64,000 bases of DNA from Vairimorpha necatrix (taxonomy: Eukaryota): NCBI GenBank assembly GCA_036630325.1, contig CP142726.1:992001-1056000 (forward strand). Direction: 5' to 3'. Within the stretch, counting starts at the first letter, position 1, and each line of letters opens with the position of its first letter. The notes beneath the pieces were generated by a model that was given only the letters and a program-made list of their open reading frames with translations, was not told the DNA's origin and ran no database searches. Both the position numbers and the translations under genes were made by a program. Below are positions 1-10,966 of the stretch, piece by piece.

Positions 1-99
1 ACAGTATAACATATTTGTCGTTGTTGTGCCTTTAACATTATATGAAGCTTACATTGTACTTTATATAGCTAAAAATGAAAATTTTAAAATTTGCTGACC

Positions 100-1815
100 A
101 ACCCGTTCTAAATATTTTACAAATAAAAAACATTTATTTATCATCGGTTTATTATCTCAACTATCTTTTCGATCAATTTTTTTCTCATAATTTTAATAGC
201 TTTTTTTATTTAATGGGGACTCCGGACATAAATCTTCTAAAATTTTATTTTTTTCAAACATTCATACTGTCTTATATATGGTTATACAAAAAATTTGTTC
301 TTGCTCCAGTAATAATTAATATTATCGCACAATACTTATGTTTAAAAAAATTTATATGTTATTCACACAATTTATAAATTAAAAACAATTATATTAAGCA
401 AGTTAATGCCTCGTTCATGGCTAAATGTATGATATTCATTTGAGTTGTTATATGACATAATATCTTTACTAATATCTTTTAAAGTTTGCAACAATAAGTC
501 TTTTTGTACTTCACTTTCATAAATATTTTTTTTCTACTTCAACGGAAAAAAAAATTTGATCAAAAAACAAAATACACTATTGGGGTTCAATTCAGATTCT
601 AAAATGGTCGTATAATTTTATTGTTTTCTTTTCAATTATTTATTTTAGATCATTTATATCTATTGTATTTTTAATGTACAAAAATTTTGTAAAATATCTA
701 TAAACCCCTGACCCGGCATCATAGAAGATTCTACGAATGAAAAATTTAATTTTGTTATATTTTTTTCATAAAATACAACGATTCTAGTTTTTTCTGTAAT
801 TTTGTGTACTAATCATGCTAGGTATATTAAATATCAAGATACTAACTTTACTACGACATCGTTCATCTATAAAATGGCCCGTTTTGTCGCAAATCAGAAT
901 GTTACGTAAAAAAGACACATATTCTTTGACTCTAAATTCATTTTGTCTTCTTCTGAGCCTTTTTTCCTTTTATAATATGCGTTTTGTTCACTTATTCATG
1001 TATTTGTTCATAAAACGTTTCGTTTGTCAACAAAAGGTACAAAGGCAATTTGATACCACGCCCTTCAATAAATCAACACATTTCATAAATATTTCGTCAG
1101 TTTAATTTTTTTTTTAATGAATGTCATTGCGGGCAATGAGTTTGATAATTTATTTATGTCGTTTTTAACCAACAATAAATATTTTCTAGATTTATTCTAA
1201 ATCCAATACTATGCCCATTTTTCAATGCATTTTGCACTATTTTATGCAAAATTTAAGACTACACAAGTTATGTTCTTTTGCATACTGCATTTCACCTATT
1301 TCTTTCAGTGCTTCTTCTATATAGGATTTTTCCAGAGCGATATGTCTGTAAATAAAATTGTACTTTGTTTCTTTTTCATATTTTTTTTTGTTGTTCGGAA
1401 TTTTAATTTCTTCTAAAACATCTTTTATTGGAACGGTTTTATTAGTATTGATATAGTGCCTTATATTTTTTTCGTATATCAAGATAGCCGAATCTAAGTC
1501 ATCAAAATCTATACTTGAAGTTAAGCGTGATTCAAATTAATAAAAAATGTCTAAAAGAGTTTTCATATTCAAGATAAAATCTGTTTGTACGCTCATCGTC
1601 AGCGAGAATTTTTTTTGTTTCAAAATATACCATATATTCGTCCTTCGTCATTAAAAATTTAAGCTGAAACATGTACGCTTAAATATGTTTTATATAGATT
1701 AAGCGCCAAATAATCCCCAGTCTTTATTTTTTCTAAAATTTGATTTTTAAAAATTTAAACATAAACTGTTTTGCTAGTGCAAATACAATTGATAAAAAAA
1801 ATTCCAGATATTCAT
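100..1815 (-). pseudogene. Degenerate distant paralogue of the 726-aa secreted protein family (35022..37202)
   Basis: Minus-strand ATG at 1815 gives MNIWNFF..SIVFALAK, then LEKIKTGDYLALNL, matching MKILNVIFLFVLVK..MEKLKTGDYMSIDV. Near 170-200 it reads IMRKKLIEKIVE versus IITKRLIENTIA at the expected distance. Many stops and frameshifts; ORF 1237..1482 is a fragment. The 3' end is approximate. Confidence 0.5.
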
Positions 1816-3424
1816 AGTAATAAAATAAATTTTATATAAATACAATGCATTAATAATTTATGATCGTTTTGGGAACAAGGTAGTGTAAAGCATATTCAAC
1901 GTTAAAATAGATACTTATTTCAAGGTAACATTTTAAAAAAGAGCTGGTTTGTATTTTTTGTTTTATTTTGTGAATGTATTTACAATGAACAAGATAAAAA
2001 TATCATTGTTTGTATTAATTAAACGTAATTTATTATTTTCATCAATTTAAATAATTTGATATTTTTTATTTTTTAATATAATATTTTGATCTTAGAAGCA
2101 CTTACTGATTAAAGTCATTCAAAACCTTAAAATGTTTGAAGCACAAACATGTATTCAGAGATAATTATTATCTCTTAATCGTTTTATTATGATTGAGAAT
2201 CCGCATCAGAAAAAAATAGATTGCCAAAATTTTCATACAAAATTGACACATTTTAACAATATATCTACATTAAAAAACATAATCTGAAATTAAACTATTG
2301 ATAATGAATATTAGATTATAAATGTTGATCAAAGAATCGAGGTTTTAGTCCTCATATGCATTCAAAAAAGAATAAACATTTTTTTAAGTATATAAATTAA
2401 TGTTATATATTTTTATTATGACAATAATTATTTCGTATAAATTCGTACTACGACATTTCAAATTTTTGATGAAAGATTTTCATGGTATTTAAGGCGTAAA
2501 AATATTTTAGTTTGCGTACTTGTCTTTTTCCTTTGCCTACAAGTACATAAATGACATTTTTTTCAAATATTGTCCTTAATTAGTGTAATGTTATGTTTTG
2601 GCTCTATGTTTTTTAATTCCAGCATTTCAGAAAATAAATCCAATAGGTGTAATTAGCTTATATTTGAAAGCAATGTTTTAATATTTTAAGAAACGGATTT
2701 GATTCTAGGAACAAAAAGCCTTCGTTAAAAGATGAGTTGTATTATTCTTGGATTTAAAATGTGTCGCCGCAAAGGTCATGTTGAAGCATTTATCTTTAAA
2801 CTTCAAACGTTGGAGAAATTCCCACCAGGTGGAAATTGCGTCCTTAGGTCGAAGTATAATCAATGTTACTTCACAGTAAGTAAAGTGGGACATAATAAGC
2901 TCTCTTATGATACACTTTAAAAATGAACCTTATGCGCCAAATCAAGCGATTAACAAAACATAGACAAGCGTCCATGGACACCAACCTATGAGATCATGTA
3001 CATATTGTGAAATTTGTGCAATACAAATTGTCAACACGTAGTATAAAAAGTAATACTTATGATGTAACGCTGAATAAACTTCGTGCAATATGCAGATTTA
3101 CAGTAAATTGGGCTAGTATTAATGTCTCGCTTAAATTTATCAAAGCACTGTATGCTAAAAAAATCCACAGTGAAAGTTTTAAAGATGCGAAAATTATACA
3201 GATCTTTGTTTTTTTACCAATGAATATTGTAGGCTTGATGTGCATCAAGTTTGAAATGTGGAATTGAGGCAAGCAAAATTTAAATATATATATATATATA
3301 TATATTAAAATCAGGGCATAGTGTAGCTTAAATTCAACTTTACTTATCTAATTTTCTTTTAAAAAGAAGAAAAAGAGACATATAATTTAAATTTATTTTT
3401 TTTACAGCTTCTATACATTAGAAC

Positions 3425-3480
3425 TAAACATATTTATTCTAAAATTAAGGGTATAAAATATAATTTTTTAAATCTCAACA
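3425..3480 (-). repeat. 3' LTR (56 bp)
   Basis: Reads TGTTGAGATT...TACCCTTAATTTTAGAATAAATATGTTTA; identical to 5161-5216; preceded on the minus strand by the polypurine tract at 3481-3490. Confidence 0.92.
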
Positions 3481-3488
3481 TCCCCCTC

Positions 3489-4238
3489 TTAAAAACATTC
3501 GTCTATTATCAATTTCAGCTGAGAAGAATGTCGCTTAATAGTTTTGTTTCCTGTCCTCACCAGATATGTGTTGTTTTCTAAAACTTTATAAATTAAACCT
3601 CTAACCTTAAATTTGGGTTCTCCCTTTTTGACACCTGTTTCCGTTTTTATAATAACGCTATCCCCCTCTGAAAATTGTGGTTCGGTTTCTCGGTTTTTAT
3701 TTCTTTCATTGAATTTTAGTATCTCCTCATATTGTTTTTCTTTCACCTTTTGGAAATTGGTCGGGTTTAAAGCATCATTCGGAGACATACCTAACTTACT
3801 ATGATATATATTGTTATATACATCTAAAACCTTTAAAAGTTTAATTTTAAGATTTTCTTTTCCCTCTTGTTTGTATATTCCTTCTTGTATTGTCCTATTA
3901 AATCTTTCCACTCTTCCATTGGACTGGTGGTGAAATGGTGAGGTATAATGTAATTCGACATTATTACTTGCTGCCCAACATCTTACTTCTTTACTTAGGT
4001 TTTCTTTCGATTGATCTAAAATTAGTTTATGTATCTTAATTTTTTGATTTATCATATCTAAAAATTTTACAATTTTCTTACTCTCCCTGGAACTTAGTAC
4101 CTTTCCAAATCCGAATCGACTAAAGTAATCAATCCCAGACACGATATATTGGTTGTTAATTGGACCAATAATATCTATTGCTACTTTCTCTCCAATTGCA
4201 TGTGACTTTACAAATAAAATTCTTTTCCTATTAACACT
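3489..4238 (-). CDS. Retroelement DDE integrase core, lacking the N-terminal HHCC finger
   Basis: The frame is open from 4238: ..EKVAIDIIGP..SGIDYFSR..ILDQSKE..TSPFHHQSNGRVERFNRTI..YNNIYHSKLGMSP. It overlaps the protease stop in the -1 frame and has no ATG at its start. Confidence 0.85.
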   Translation of the reverse strand, partial: SVNRKRILFVKSHAIGEKVAIDIIGPINNQYIVSGIDYFSRFGFGKVLSSRESKKIVKFLDMINQKIKIHKLILDQSKENLSKEVRCWAASNNVELHYTSPFHHQSNGRVERFNRTIQEGIYKQEGKENLKIKLLKVLDVYNNIYHSKLGMSPNDALNPTNFQKVKEKQYEEILKFNERNKNRETEPQFSEGDSVIIKTETGVKKGEPKFKVRGLIYKVLENNTYLVRTGNKTIKRHSSQLKLIIDECF

Positions 4239-5167
4239 TTAAAATTTTTAACTTTTGGTAAAACATACATTCTGCTTTTAAATATTCTATTACCATATTT
4301 GTATTCCACAATAACATGGTTTTCAACTAGAAATTCTTCTTCAAGACATGTGAAAAATTTCAAAACATTCATATTCTTATTGAGTTTCAATTTTAAATCA
4401 TAGACAGCTTGAAGAGAGATAAAGTTGTAGGCCGCACCGGAATCAAAAACCACGGGGACTTTTTTAGTCCCAACATAAATAAAATTATTTTTATTCGTAA
4501 TAAAGCTTTGATCTACTTCCTGGCTATTCTTTTCAATCTCATTAATATTCCTTCGATCATCATTAGCCTGTTTATTATTTCGATTCACCCTACAATCCTT
4601 AGCTAAATGTCCTGGCCTTCTGCATCTAAAGCATGTATTTGGTTGGTTCTGTTTAGTAAGTCTTAAACCAGCCAACTTGATATTCAATAATGCTTCGTTC
4701 TCTATCTCATTTAATATTTCGTAAAATTCTTTGTTGATCTCATATTGGGTCGTAAGAAAAATTTTAATCATTTTTAATTTCTTATCTACTCCTGTTCTAA
4801 TAATTTTTCTTCTGTCAAAATTGGAAATTTCATTTTCATTACATTTAGAAACTACATCTTTGATAAAATCAACAACTTTTTGTTCTTCCTTTTGCTTCAT
4901 ATTGTAAATGTCAAAAAGCAATGTTTTATTCTCAAATTCTTGTTCCACTTCTTTTTTCCAGATTTCAAACGTTAAAGCAGCTTTCCTTTTATCTTTAAAA
5001 GTCCTACAATGCCAATCTAAAATATGAGAGTTAAGTCTGCTTATAAAAAAATCTAACTTCTCCTCATTGGTCATTTTTGCCCAACTACTCAGAGCCTCTG
5101 CTCTTCTAATTTCTACTATTATATTGTCTTTGTTTATTTCGTTTTTTATATTCTCCACCATAAACAT
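4208..5167 (-). CDS. Gag with CCHC zinc knuckle fused to aspartic protease
   Basis: CFRCRRPGHLAKDC knuckle, VVFDSGAAYNFIS protease active site, KVLIGKEF C-terminal motif. The ATG lies inside the 5' LTR. Confidence 0.9.
   Translation of the reverse strand: MFMVENIKNEINKDNIIVEIRRAEALSSWAKMTNEEKLDFFISRLNSHILDWHCRTFKDKRKAALTFEIWKKEVEQEFENKTLLFDIYNMKQKEEQKVVDFIKDVVSKCNENEISNFDRRKIIRTGVDKKLKMIKIFLTTQYEINKEFYEILNEIENEALLNIKLAGLRLTKQNQPNTCFRCRRPGHLAKDCRVNRNNKQANDDRRNINEIEKNSQEVDQSFITNKNNFIYVGTKKVPVVFDSGAAYNFISLQAVYDLKLKLNKNMNVLKFFTCLEEEFLVENHVIVEYKYGNRIFKSRMYVLPKVKNFKVLIGKEFYL
5150..5160 (-). promoter_or_regulatory. Primer-binding site, probably for tRNA-Ala
   Basis: TGGTGGAGAAT abuts the LTR and is complementary to ...ATTCTCCA-CCA, a typical eukaryotic tRNA-Ala 3' end. 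Confidence 0.7.
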
Positions 5168-5216
5168 ATTTATTCTAAAATTAAGGGTATAAAATATAAT
5201 TTTTTAAATCTCAACA
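5161..5216 (-). repeat. 5' LTR (56 bp)
   Basis: Identical to 3425-3480. Confidence 0.92.
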
Positions 5217-5526
5217 AGAACAATTCGCAAAATTTTATAAAGAAGGTTTTTATGTATGATAGTTATATTGTAAACGCTAGATGCATTTATTTTGATGCGC
5301 CAAAAGTACAAGAATATGATCTATGATACAAATTTAATACTATAAGCAGCATATACTACCAACAAAATTGTGACTTATACGTAGTTAAAACATGAAAAGC
5401 CTTCATAAATAAATTAATATTAATTTAGACTATTTGCCGTATATGCCAGGAAACGAAATATAAATTAAGTCGATACAATAAAACTTAGTCAACTTCTTGC
5501 TATAAAATTTATTTTTATAATCTATG

Positions 5527-6114
5527 AGTGGATGTCCGATTTACCTCATATTGAAAATATAAATAAAAAAGAGGATAAAATAAGGGGCCTAACGATTTAT
5601 TTTAAATAATAAAAATAATTATTTATACGTTGATTTTTTAGTCTTTGATGGGCCCAGAGGAACTGTTTAAGGTACTCATAGTGTTCATCCTGGTTTATTC
5701 CATGTCTAGATCGAATATCTCATTTGGAGAGAGATTCTAATCCATCAATTTGTTTGAAATTGTATATAAGGATCTTAGAGTTTACAAAATTGATAGAGTG
5801 ATTCACAGTCCTGTACTCAATCCCTTTGATTTGTATAATGCGGCATCATATGCTCTCCATTGATCACAATAAGATCAAACAATATATTATCTCATATTAC
5901 CTCAAAAAGAATAGCAGTATTTCTACTAGCTAAGGAAATAGCAATGCACACGCCGATTAAACATCATTATATGATTCAAAAAACATCTTAAAATATTTTT
6001 ATATTTAAAAATATTATATCACTAAAAAGCTCATCTGTTTTTGTAATCTTAACATTTTTTTATAAATTGGCCGTATTTTAAATTTTCAATGCAAATTTCG
6101 GAAGGCCATGCACC
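5527..6114 (-). mobile_element. Internally deleted, degenerate Merlin-family element
   Basis: 8-bp TSD AATCTATG at 5519-5526 and 6115-6122. Decayed TIRs (AGTGGATGTCC..TTGAAAAT versus GGTGCATGGCC..TTGAAAAT). Minus-strand remnant DQWRAY..VNHS..NFVN. Clearly homologous to 30072-30701. Confidence 0.75.
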
Positions 6115-6205
6115 AATCTATGTTCCCAATGTAGGAAGTTTGTTTTTTATTTCGCATTTGTTTTTCTATCTTATTTCCTTTTTTATTTACTTAACAATAA
6201 AGGGC

Positions 6206-7027
6206 ATGTTACAAATAAAAGTACTATCATACAATCTGAATAATAAGAAAGGAGCTTTAAATGATTTATATGATTATATTAATAATCTTTCTGCTGATAT
6301 CTTATTGATTTCTATCCAGGAATATTTTTCTGTTTTACCCGAGTTTCCCTTTTCCCCTTATGTTTATCACAAGAAAATCTACGGCTTACATTCCTTAATT
6401 TTGTCTAAACTTCCTCTTACTGTCGATTTCTATGTCTTTTGTCTCGGCCCTTTGTATTTGGGCAATAAAGGCTTTATATTGGCAAATATAAATGACTCTA
6501 TTATTTTCACCAGTGTACATTTACAACACGGAGAAGGGAATTACACAAGAAGAACTGATCAGTTTACTTATCTAAACAATATATTGGGAGATATTCCATA
6601 TCCCATTATTTTAGCTGGAGATTTCAATTTTCGATTTATTAAGAAGTCGAATTTTTACAGAGAGCGGGACGATGAATTTGTAAAAATTAAAGAGAAGTTT
6701 GGATACAGTGAAATGAGTATTAGATTCGGCTTTACTTATAAATATAAGGGAAGTGTGCTTGATGATTCTAAGATTCCTTCTTATTGTGATAGAATAATTT
6801 ACAGAAATGTGCAGTGCCTTGAATATTCTTGTTTGGAAAGTTTAGTAAATTCTGACCACAAATTAGTGACTGGGAATTTTGAGATCTCAGAAATAAAAAT
6901 GGTAGTTGAGAATAAACATGTATTTACAAGATCAAGAATAAGCGAAGTGTCATGTTTTATTTATGAAAATGTCATTATATTTACAATATTAATTGTGTGT
7001 ATTGTTTTTATACTCAGATTAATATAA
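6206..7027 (+). CDS. Inositol polyphosphate 5-phosphatase with C-terminal membrane anchor
   Basis: Motifs ISIQE, GNKG, GDFNFR, PSYCDRI, SDHKLV; hydrophobic C-terminus. Start placed at the ATG after AAGGGC because the upstream ATG (6089) is inside a transposon TIR. Confidence 0.85.
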   Translation: MLQIKVLSYNLNNKKGALNDLYDYINNLSADILLISIQEYFSVLPEFPFSPYVYHKKIYGLHSLILSKLPLTVDFYVFCLGPLYLGNKGFILANINDSIIFTSVHLQHGEGNYTRRTDQFTYLNNILGDIPYPIILAGDFNFRFIKKSNFYRERDDEFVKIKEKFGYSEMSIRFGFTYKYKGSVLDDSKIPSYCDRIIYRNVQCLEYSCLESLVNSDHKLVTGNFEISEIKMVVENKHVFTRSRISEVSCFIYENVIIFTILIVCIVFILRLI

Positions 7028-7126
7028 AACAAAGTGTATAGGTCAACTATTCTTAAACATAGATCATCATCATATATATAAAAGATTTTTATTCAAATTC
7101 ATGCTGAATTTTTTTTGACCCTGAAA

Positions 7127-7309
7127 ATGTCTCATTTTTATAAAAAGATTGTCGAGATTGAGACAATCAATGGTCTGCCTCTAGAAATAGAAATGTGGTG
7201 CTCTGATGAAAAATATATAAAGAATATTTCAATATACAAATGTGATATTTGTAATAAAGAATATAATGAAAAGAGAAGAATGTTATTACACAGGAATTAT
7301 CATAGGTAA
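7127..7309 (+). CDS. Small C2H2 zinc-finger protein (60 aa)
   Basis: YKCDICNKEYNEKRRMLLHRNYH; CCC motif (GACCCTGAAA) precedes the ATG. Confidence 0.65.
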   Translation: MSHFYKKIVEIETINGLPLEIEMWCSDEKYIKNISIYKCDICNKEYNEKRRMLLHRNYHR

Positions 7310-7403
7310 ATAATTCATTTAAAAATAAAAAGTATGCAATAATTTATATTTTATGGTCTATAAATTTTATTCATTTTTTTTCTTGCATAAATTTACCCAT
7401 AAA

Positions 7404-10145
7404 ATGACAGAATACACTTCAAGAAAATTAAAACAAGAATTTCTAAATTATTTTAGAAATAAAAACCATAAAATCATAAAATCCAGTCCAGTCGTCCCTC
7501 AAAATGACCCATCTCTTCTTTTTACTAATAGTGGTATGGTCCAATTTAAAAATATTCTAATGGGCCAAGAAACTGATTTAAAAAGGGCTTGTTCAATCCA
7601 GAAATGTATCAGAGCAGGCGGAAAGCACAATGACCTTGACGACGTGGGCAAGGACACTTACCACCACACATATTTCGAGATGTTAGGAAATTGGTCATTT
7701 GGTAATTATTTCAAAAAAGAAGCCATAGAATTTGCCTGGGATTTCTTAGTGAACATTTTAAAATTGAAAAGTGACAGGCTTTACGTCACCTACTACAAAG
7801 AAATGGACGACGAGTCATTTGAAATTTGGAAGAAATATTTACCAGAATCTCGAATTATAGAAGCGAGTAAAGAAGACAATTTCTGGGAAATGGGCGACAC
7901 GGGCCCATGCGGCCCGTGCACAGAAATCCACTATGACAGAATTGGAGGCAGAGATGCTTCTTCTTTAGTCAATAAAGACGACCCTGATGTTTTGGAAATT
8001 TGGAATATTGTTTTTATAGAATTTAATAGAACTCCTAAATCTTTAGACCCACTAGAAAGGAAATGTATTGACACGGGCATAGGATTTGAAAGATTATTGA
8101 GCATTTTAAATGACGTCAGGTCTAATTATTTGACTGATTGTTTTTTACCAATAATTAATAAAATAGAAGAGTTTAGTAATATAAAATATAAAGATGAGTT
8201 TAATATTGAAGATATTGCTATAAGAGTCATTTCTGATCATTGTAGAACTATTTCTGTATGTTTAATTGATGGGGTAGATTTTTCAAATGAGGGACAAGGG
8301 TATGTTTTAAGAAGAATTTTGAGAAGAGCAGTTCGGTACGCCCACGATATTTTAAAATTAAAAAGAGGAGATCTTGGGAAATTAGTCAGGGAATTTATAA
8401 ATGATCAACTAACAAATGAAATGATAAATGAAGTTAAAATACATGATGAACAAACATTAAATGAAACTAATTTTGAACAAACATCAAATGAAACTAATTT
8501 TGATGAAATTAAAGACGAACAAATTAATTTTGAAAATCTTGTAAATTTGGAAGAAGATAAATTCCTTGAAACTTTACAAAGAGGTTTAGAAAGATTTAAT
8601 AAAATGTGTAAAGAATCAAAGACAATTTCAAGTGAAGAAATTTTTAAACTTTATGACACTTACGGATTTCCTACAGATTTAGTCAGAATTTTAGCAGAAG
8701 AAAAAAATGTCAAACTTGATTTTTCAAATTTCGAAGAATGTAAAAATAAAGCGAGAAATTTAAGTAAAAAAATAAATGAAGAAATTTCTGAAATTATAAT
8801 TTCAGATTTAAATAAAACTGATGATAAAGACAAATACACTCAAAATGGTATTTGTAGTAAATTACAATTTTATACCAAAAATAAGGAAATTTTCAGAATT
8901 AATTATAAATTAGAAAATTCAGAATCAAATTTAAGTGAAATTTCTAATATTTTAGAAAATAATTCCTTAATTTTCAATATTCCTGAAAATATGAAAATTG
9001 GTTTATGTTTTGAAAGAACTTGTTTTTATAGCGAAAGTGGGGGACAAATTGGAGATACAGGATTTATAACTTTTTATAAAGAAAATCAAGAAATTGGTAA
9101 ATTTAAAGTAGAAGATTGTAAAAAGATAAATGGATTTGTTTTACATTTTGGAATTTTAAAAGGTAAAGCATCAAATTCTGCAATTTTAGAATATGATGAT
9201 AGATCAGATTTAGAAAGAAATCATACAGGAACACATTTATTTAATTATTTTATAAGACAAGAAATTGACACAGTTCAAAAAGGAAGTTTAGTAACAAAAA
9301 ACAAATTTAGATTTGATTTTGAAGGTCAAAAAATGAAGAATTTACAAGATATTGAAAATAAGATAAATAATTTTATAAATAATTCTGTACCAGTAAATAT
9401 AAAATATATAAAAAAATCAGAATTAAAAAAAGAAGAAAATTTAATTTATATGAAAAATGAAGAATATCCTGATATTTTAAGAGTAATTTGTATAAATAAT
9501 ATTAAAGAATTATGTGGAGGAACACATGTTAAAAATACAAAAGAAATTTATAAATTAAAAATTATAAGTGAAAAGAGTATAAGTAATAATGTAAGACGAG
9601 TTATAGGAATAACAGGAGAAGAAGTAAAAAAAGCAGAAGAAAAAATTAAAGAAATAAGAAATAAAATTAGAAAAGGACAAGTAATTAAAATAGATAAAGA
9701 TTTGCCACTTTTTGAAAGAGAAGAATTAGAAAAAGAAAATAAAAAGAATATAGAAATTATTAATAAGAAGAAGAAAGGGAATTTTATAAAGAATCAAAAT
9801 AATCTTAAGATGGTAAAGATAATTTATAAAATTAATCGAAAATTAAGTATGACTCATAATGACGTCATTTCTAATATAAAAATGACGTATGAGTATCAAG
9901 TCATAGAAGAAGAAAATAAGAAAGATTTATTAAAGAATTTAATAAATCTTACTAAAATATTTGAAGAAGAAGATGAATTTTTAATTTGGTGCAAATTTGA
10001 AGATTTTTTCTATGGATTTGTAAGGCAAGGAAATATGGAAGATATTAAGAAACAAGAAGGGAAGTTTATAATGAATAATGGGATATTACAATTTAGTATC
10101 CCTGGGGATAAAAACATCCCAAGAATATTTAATAAAGAACTATAA
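7404..10145 (+). CDS. ALA1: Alanyl-tRNA synthetase
   Basis: DPSLLFTNSGMVQFK, QKCIRAGGKHNDLDDVG, NFWEMGDTGPCGPCTEIHYDR; editing motifs HTGTH and ELCGGTH. Start after TACCCATAAA. Confidence 0.98.
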   Translation: MTEYTSRKLKQEFLNYFRNKNHKIIKSSPVVPQNDPSLLFTNSGMVQFKNILMGQETDLKRACSIQKCIRAGGKHNDLDDVGKDTYHHTYFEMLGNWSFGNYFKKEAIEFAWDFLVNILKLKSDRLYVTYYKEMDDESFEIWKKYLPESRIIEASKEDNFWEMGDTGPCGPCTEIHYDRIGGRDASSLVNKDDPDVLEIWNIVFIEFNRTPKSLDPLERKCIDTGIGFERLLSILNDVRSNYLTDCFLPIINKIEEFSNIKYKDEFNIEDIAIRVISDHCRTISVCLIDGVDFSNEGQGYVLRRILRRAVRYAHDILKLKRGDLGKLVREFINDQLTNEMINEVKIHDEQTLNETNFEQTSNETNFDEIKDEQINFENLVNLEEDKFLETLQRGLERFNKMCKESKTISSEEIFKLYDTYGFPTDLVRILAEEKNVKLDFSNFEECKNKARNLSKKINEEISEIIISDLNKTDDKDKYTQNGICSKLQFYTKNKEIFRINYKLENSESNLSEISNILENNSLIFNIPENMKIGLCFERTCFYSESGGQIGDTGFITFYKENQEIGKFKVEDCKKINGFVLHFGILKGKASNSAILEYDDRSDLERNHTGTHLFNYFIRQEIDTVQKGSLVTKNKFRFDFEGQKMKNLQDIENKINNFINNSVPVNIKYIKKSELKKEENLIYMKNEEYPDILRVICINNIKELCGGTHVKNTKEIYKLKIISEKSISNNVRRVIGITGEEVKKAEEKIKEIRNKIRKGQVIKIDKDLPLFEREELEKENKKNIEIINKKKKGNFIKNQNNLKMVKIIYKINRKLSMTHNDVISNIKMTYEYQVIEEENKKDLLKNLINLTKIFEEEDEFLIWCKFEDFFYGFVRQGNMEDIKKQEGKFIMNNGILQFSIPGDKNIPRIFNKEL

Positions 10146-10375
10146 TAATCTATTACATTAATTGAGTATTGTAATTATATTAATGTAAATTTATTATATA
10201 ATGTAAATATATAATGTAATTATATTATATAATTTAATATTGTAATTATATAATGTAATAATATATTTAATAATATATATATAAAAAGCCTTATTAAACA
10301 TAAATACTAAATATAAGATATATATAAAATATATAAAATATAATATAAATTTTTTTCAAATTTGTATCAAATTTA

Positions 10376-10966
10376 TTAGTGACATATGTAGTATAATATT
10401 AATATTATTATAAATATTACTATTCCATAAATTCCATATGCTCTCGCCAGATTATCAAATTTCATTTTCTTAATATTCGTGTGCATTTCTCTCGTCTCAT
10501 AAGTCAATTTATCTGCTAATTTGCTTATATTGTCAATATTCTCTCTCCTCTGAATTATAAGATTCAAAGAATCAGCCAGGACATTTTTAGTCTCGTCGAT
10601 CTCCTGTAGAGTTTTATCTTTATTAAATTCATTACTCTTGTCTTTTATTACATTATCAAATTCATACTGTTTATATTCCTTCTCTTTAAGGAGTCTGTTT
10701 AATTCTTCAATATAATTTATAATATTCTGGTCAGTTTCGTACTGGTCGACTATGACTGAGAAGATATTTGGAGAAAGAGGGTAAATTAAGAATAAGAATT
10801 TGGGGTCTCGACTTGACTCCATTTTGAGGATCTTGTGTGAGTCTGCGTCTCTTAGTTCCTTGAGGATGTCTTTGGATATTTTGATATTTTGAGATTGTGG
10901 GCTGAATTCTCCAGAGATAATTTTCTTGGATTTCCCGTCTCTGACGAGTGTGTAGAAAATTGTCAT
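10376..10966 (-). CDS. Longin-type R-SNARE (Sec22/VAMP7-like)
   Basis: IDETKNVLADSLNLIIQRRENIDNISKLA R-SNARE motif and C-terminal TM. ATG follows TACCCCCAA. Confidence 0.8.
   Translation of the reverse strand: MTIFYTLVRDGKSKKIISGEFSPQSQNIKISKDILKELRDADSHKILKMESSRDPKFLFLIYPLSPNIFSVIVDQYETDQNIINYIEELNRLLKEKEYKQYEFDNVIKDKSNEFNKDKTLQEIDETKNVLADSLNLIIQRRENIDNISKLADKLTYETREMHTNIKKMKFDNLARAYGIYGIVIFIIILILYYICH

Larger units (their letters stand above)
3425..5216 (-). mobile_element. Complete miniature Ty3/gypsy-type LTR retroelement (Gag-PR + IN, no RT/RNase H)
   Basis: Identical 56-bp direct repeats at 3425-3480 and 5161-5216. TSD AGAAC at 3420-3424 and 5217-5221. PBS TGGTGGAGAAT directly after the 5' LTR; PPT AAGAGGGGGA directly before the 3' LTR. 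Internal gag-protease and integrase ORFs. Confidence 0.93.

Noticed and set aside
2705..3272. Overlapping short ORFs
   Set aside because: No recognisable motif; possibly a decayed gene, but not assignable.
3322..3424. Longer LTR ending in canonical CA
   Set aside because: The repeat identity, TSD AGAAC and PBS position all fix the boundary at 3425/5161.
6089..6205. N-terminal hydrophobic extension of the 5-phosphatase
   Set aside because: The ATG lies inside a Merlin TIR, and the extension is translated T-rich intergenic DNA.
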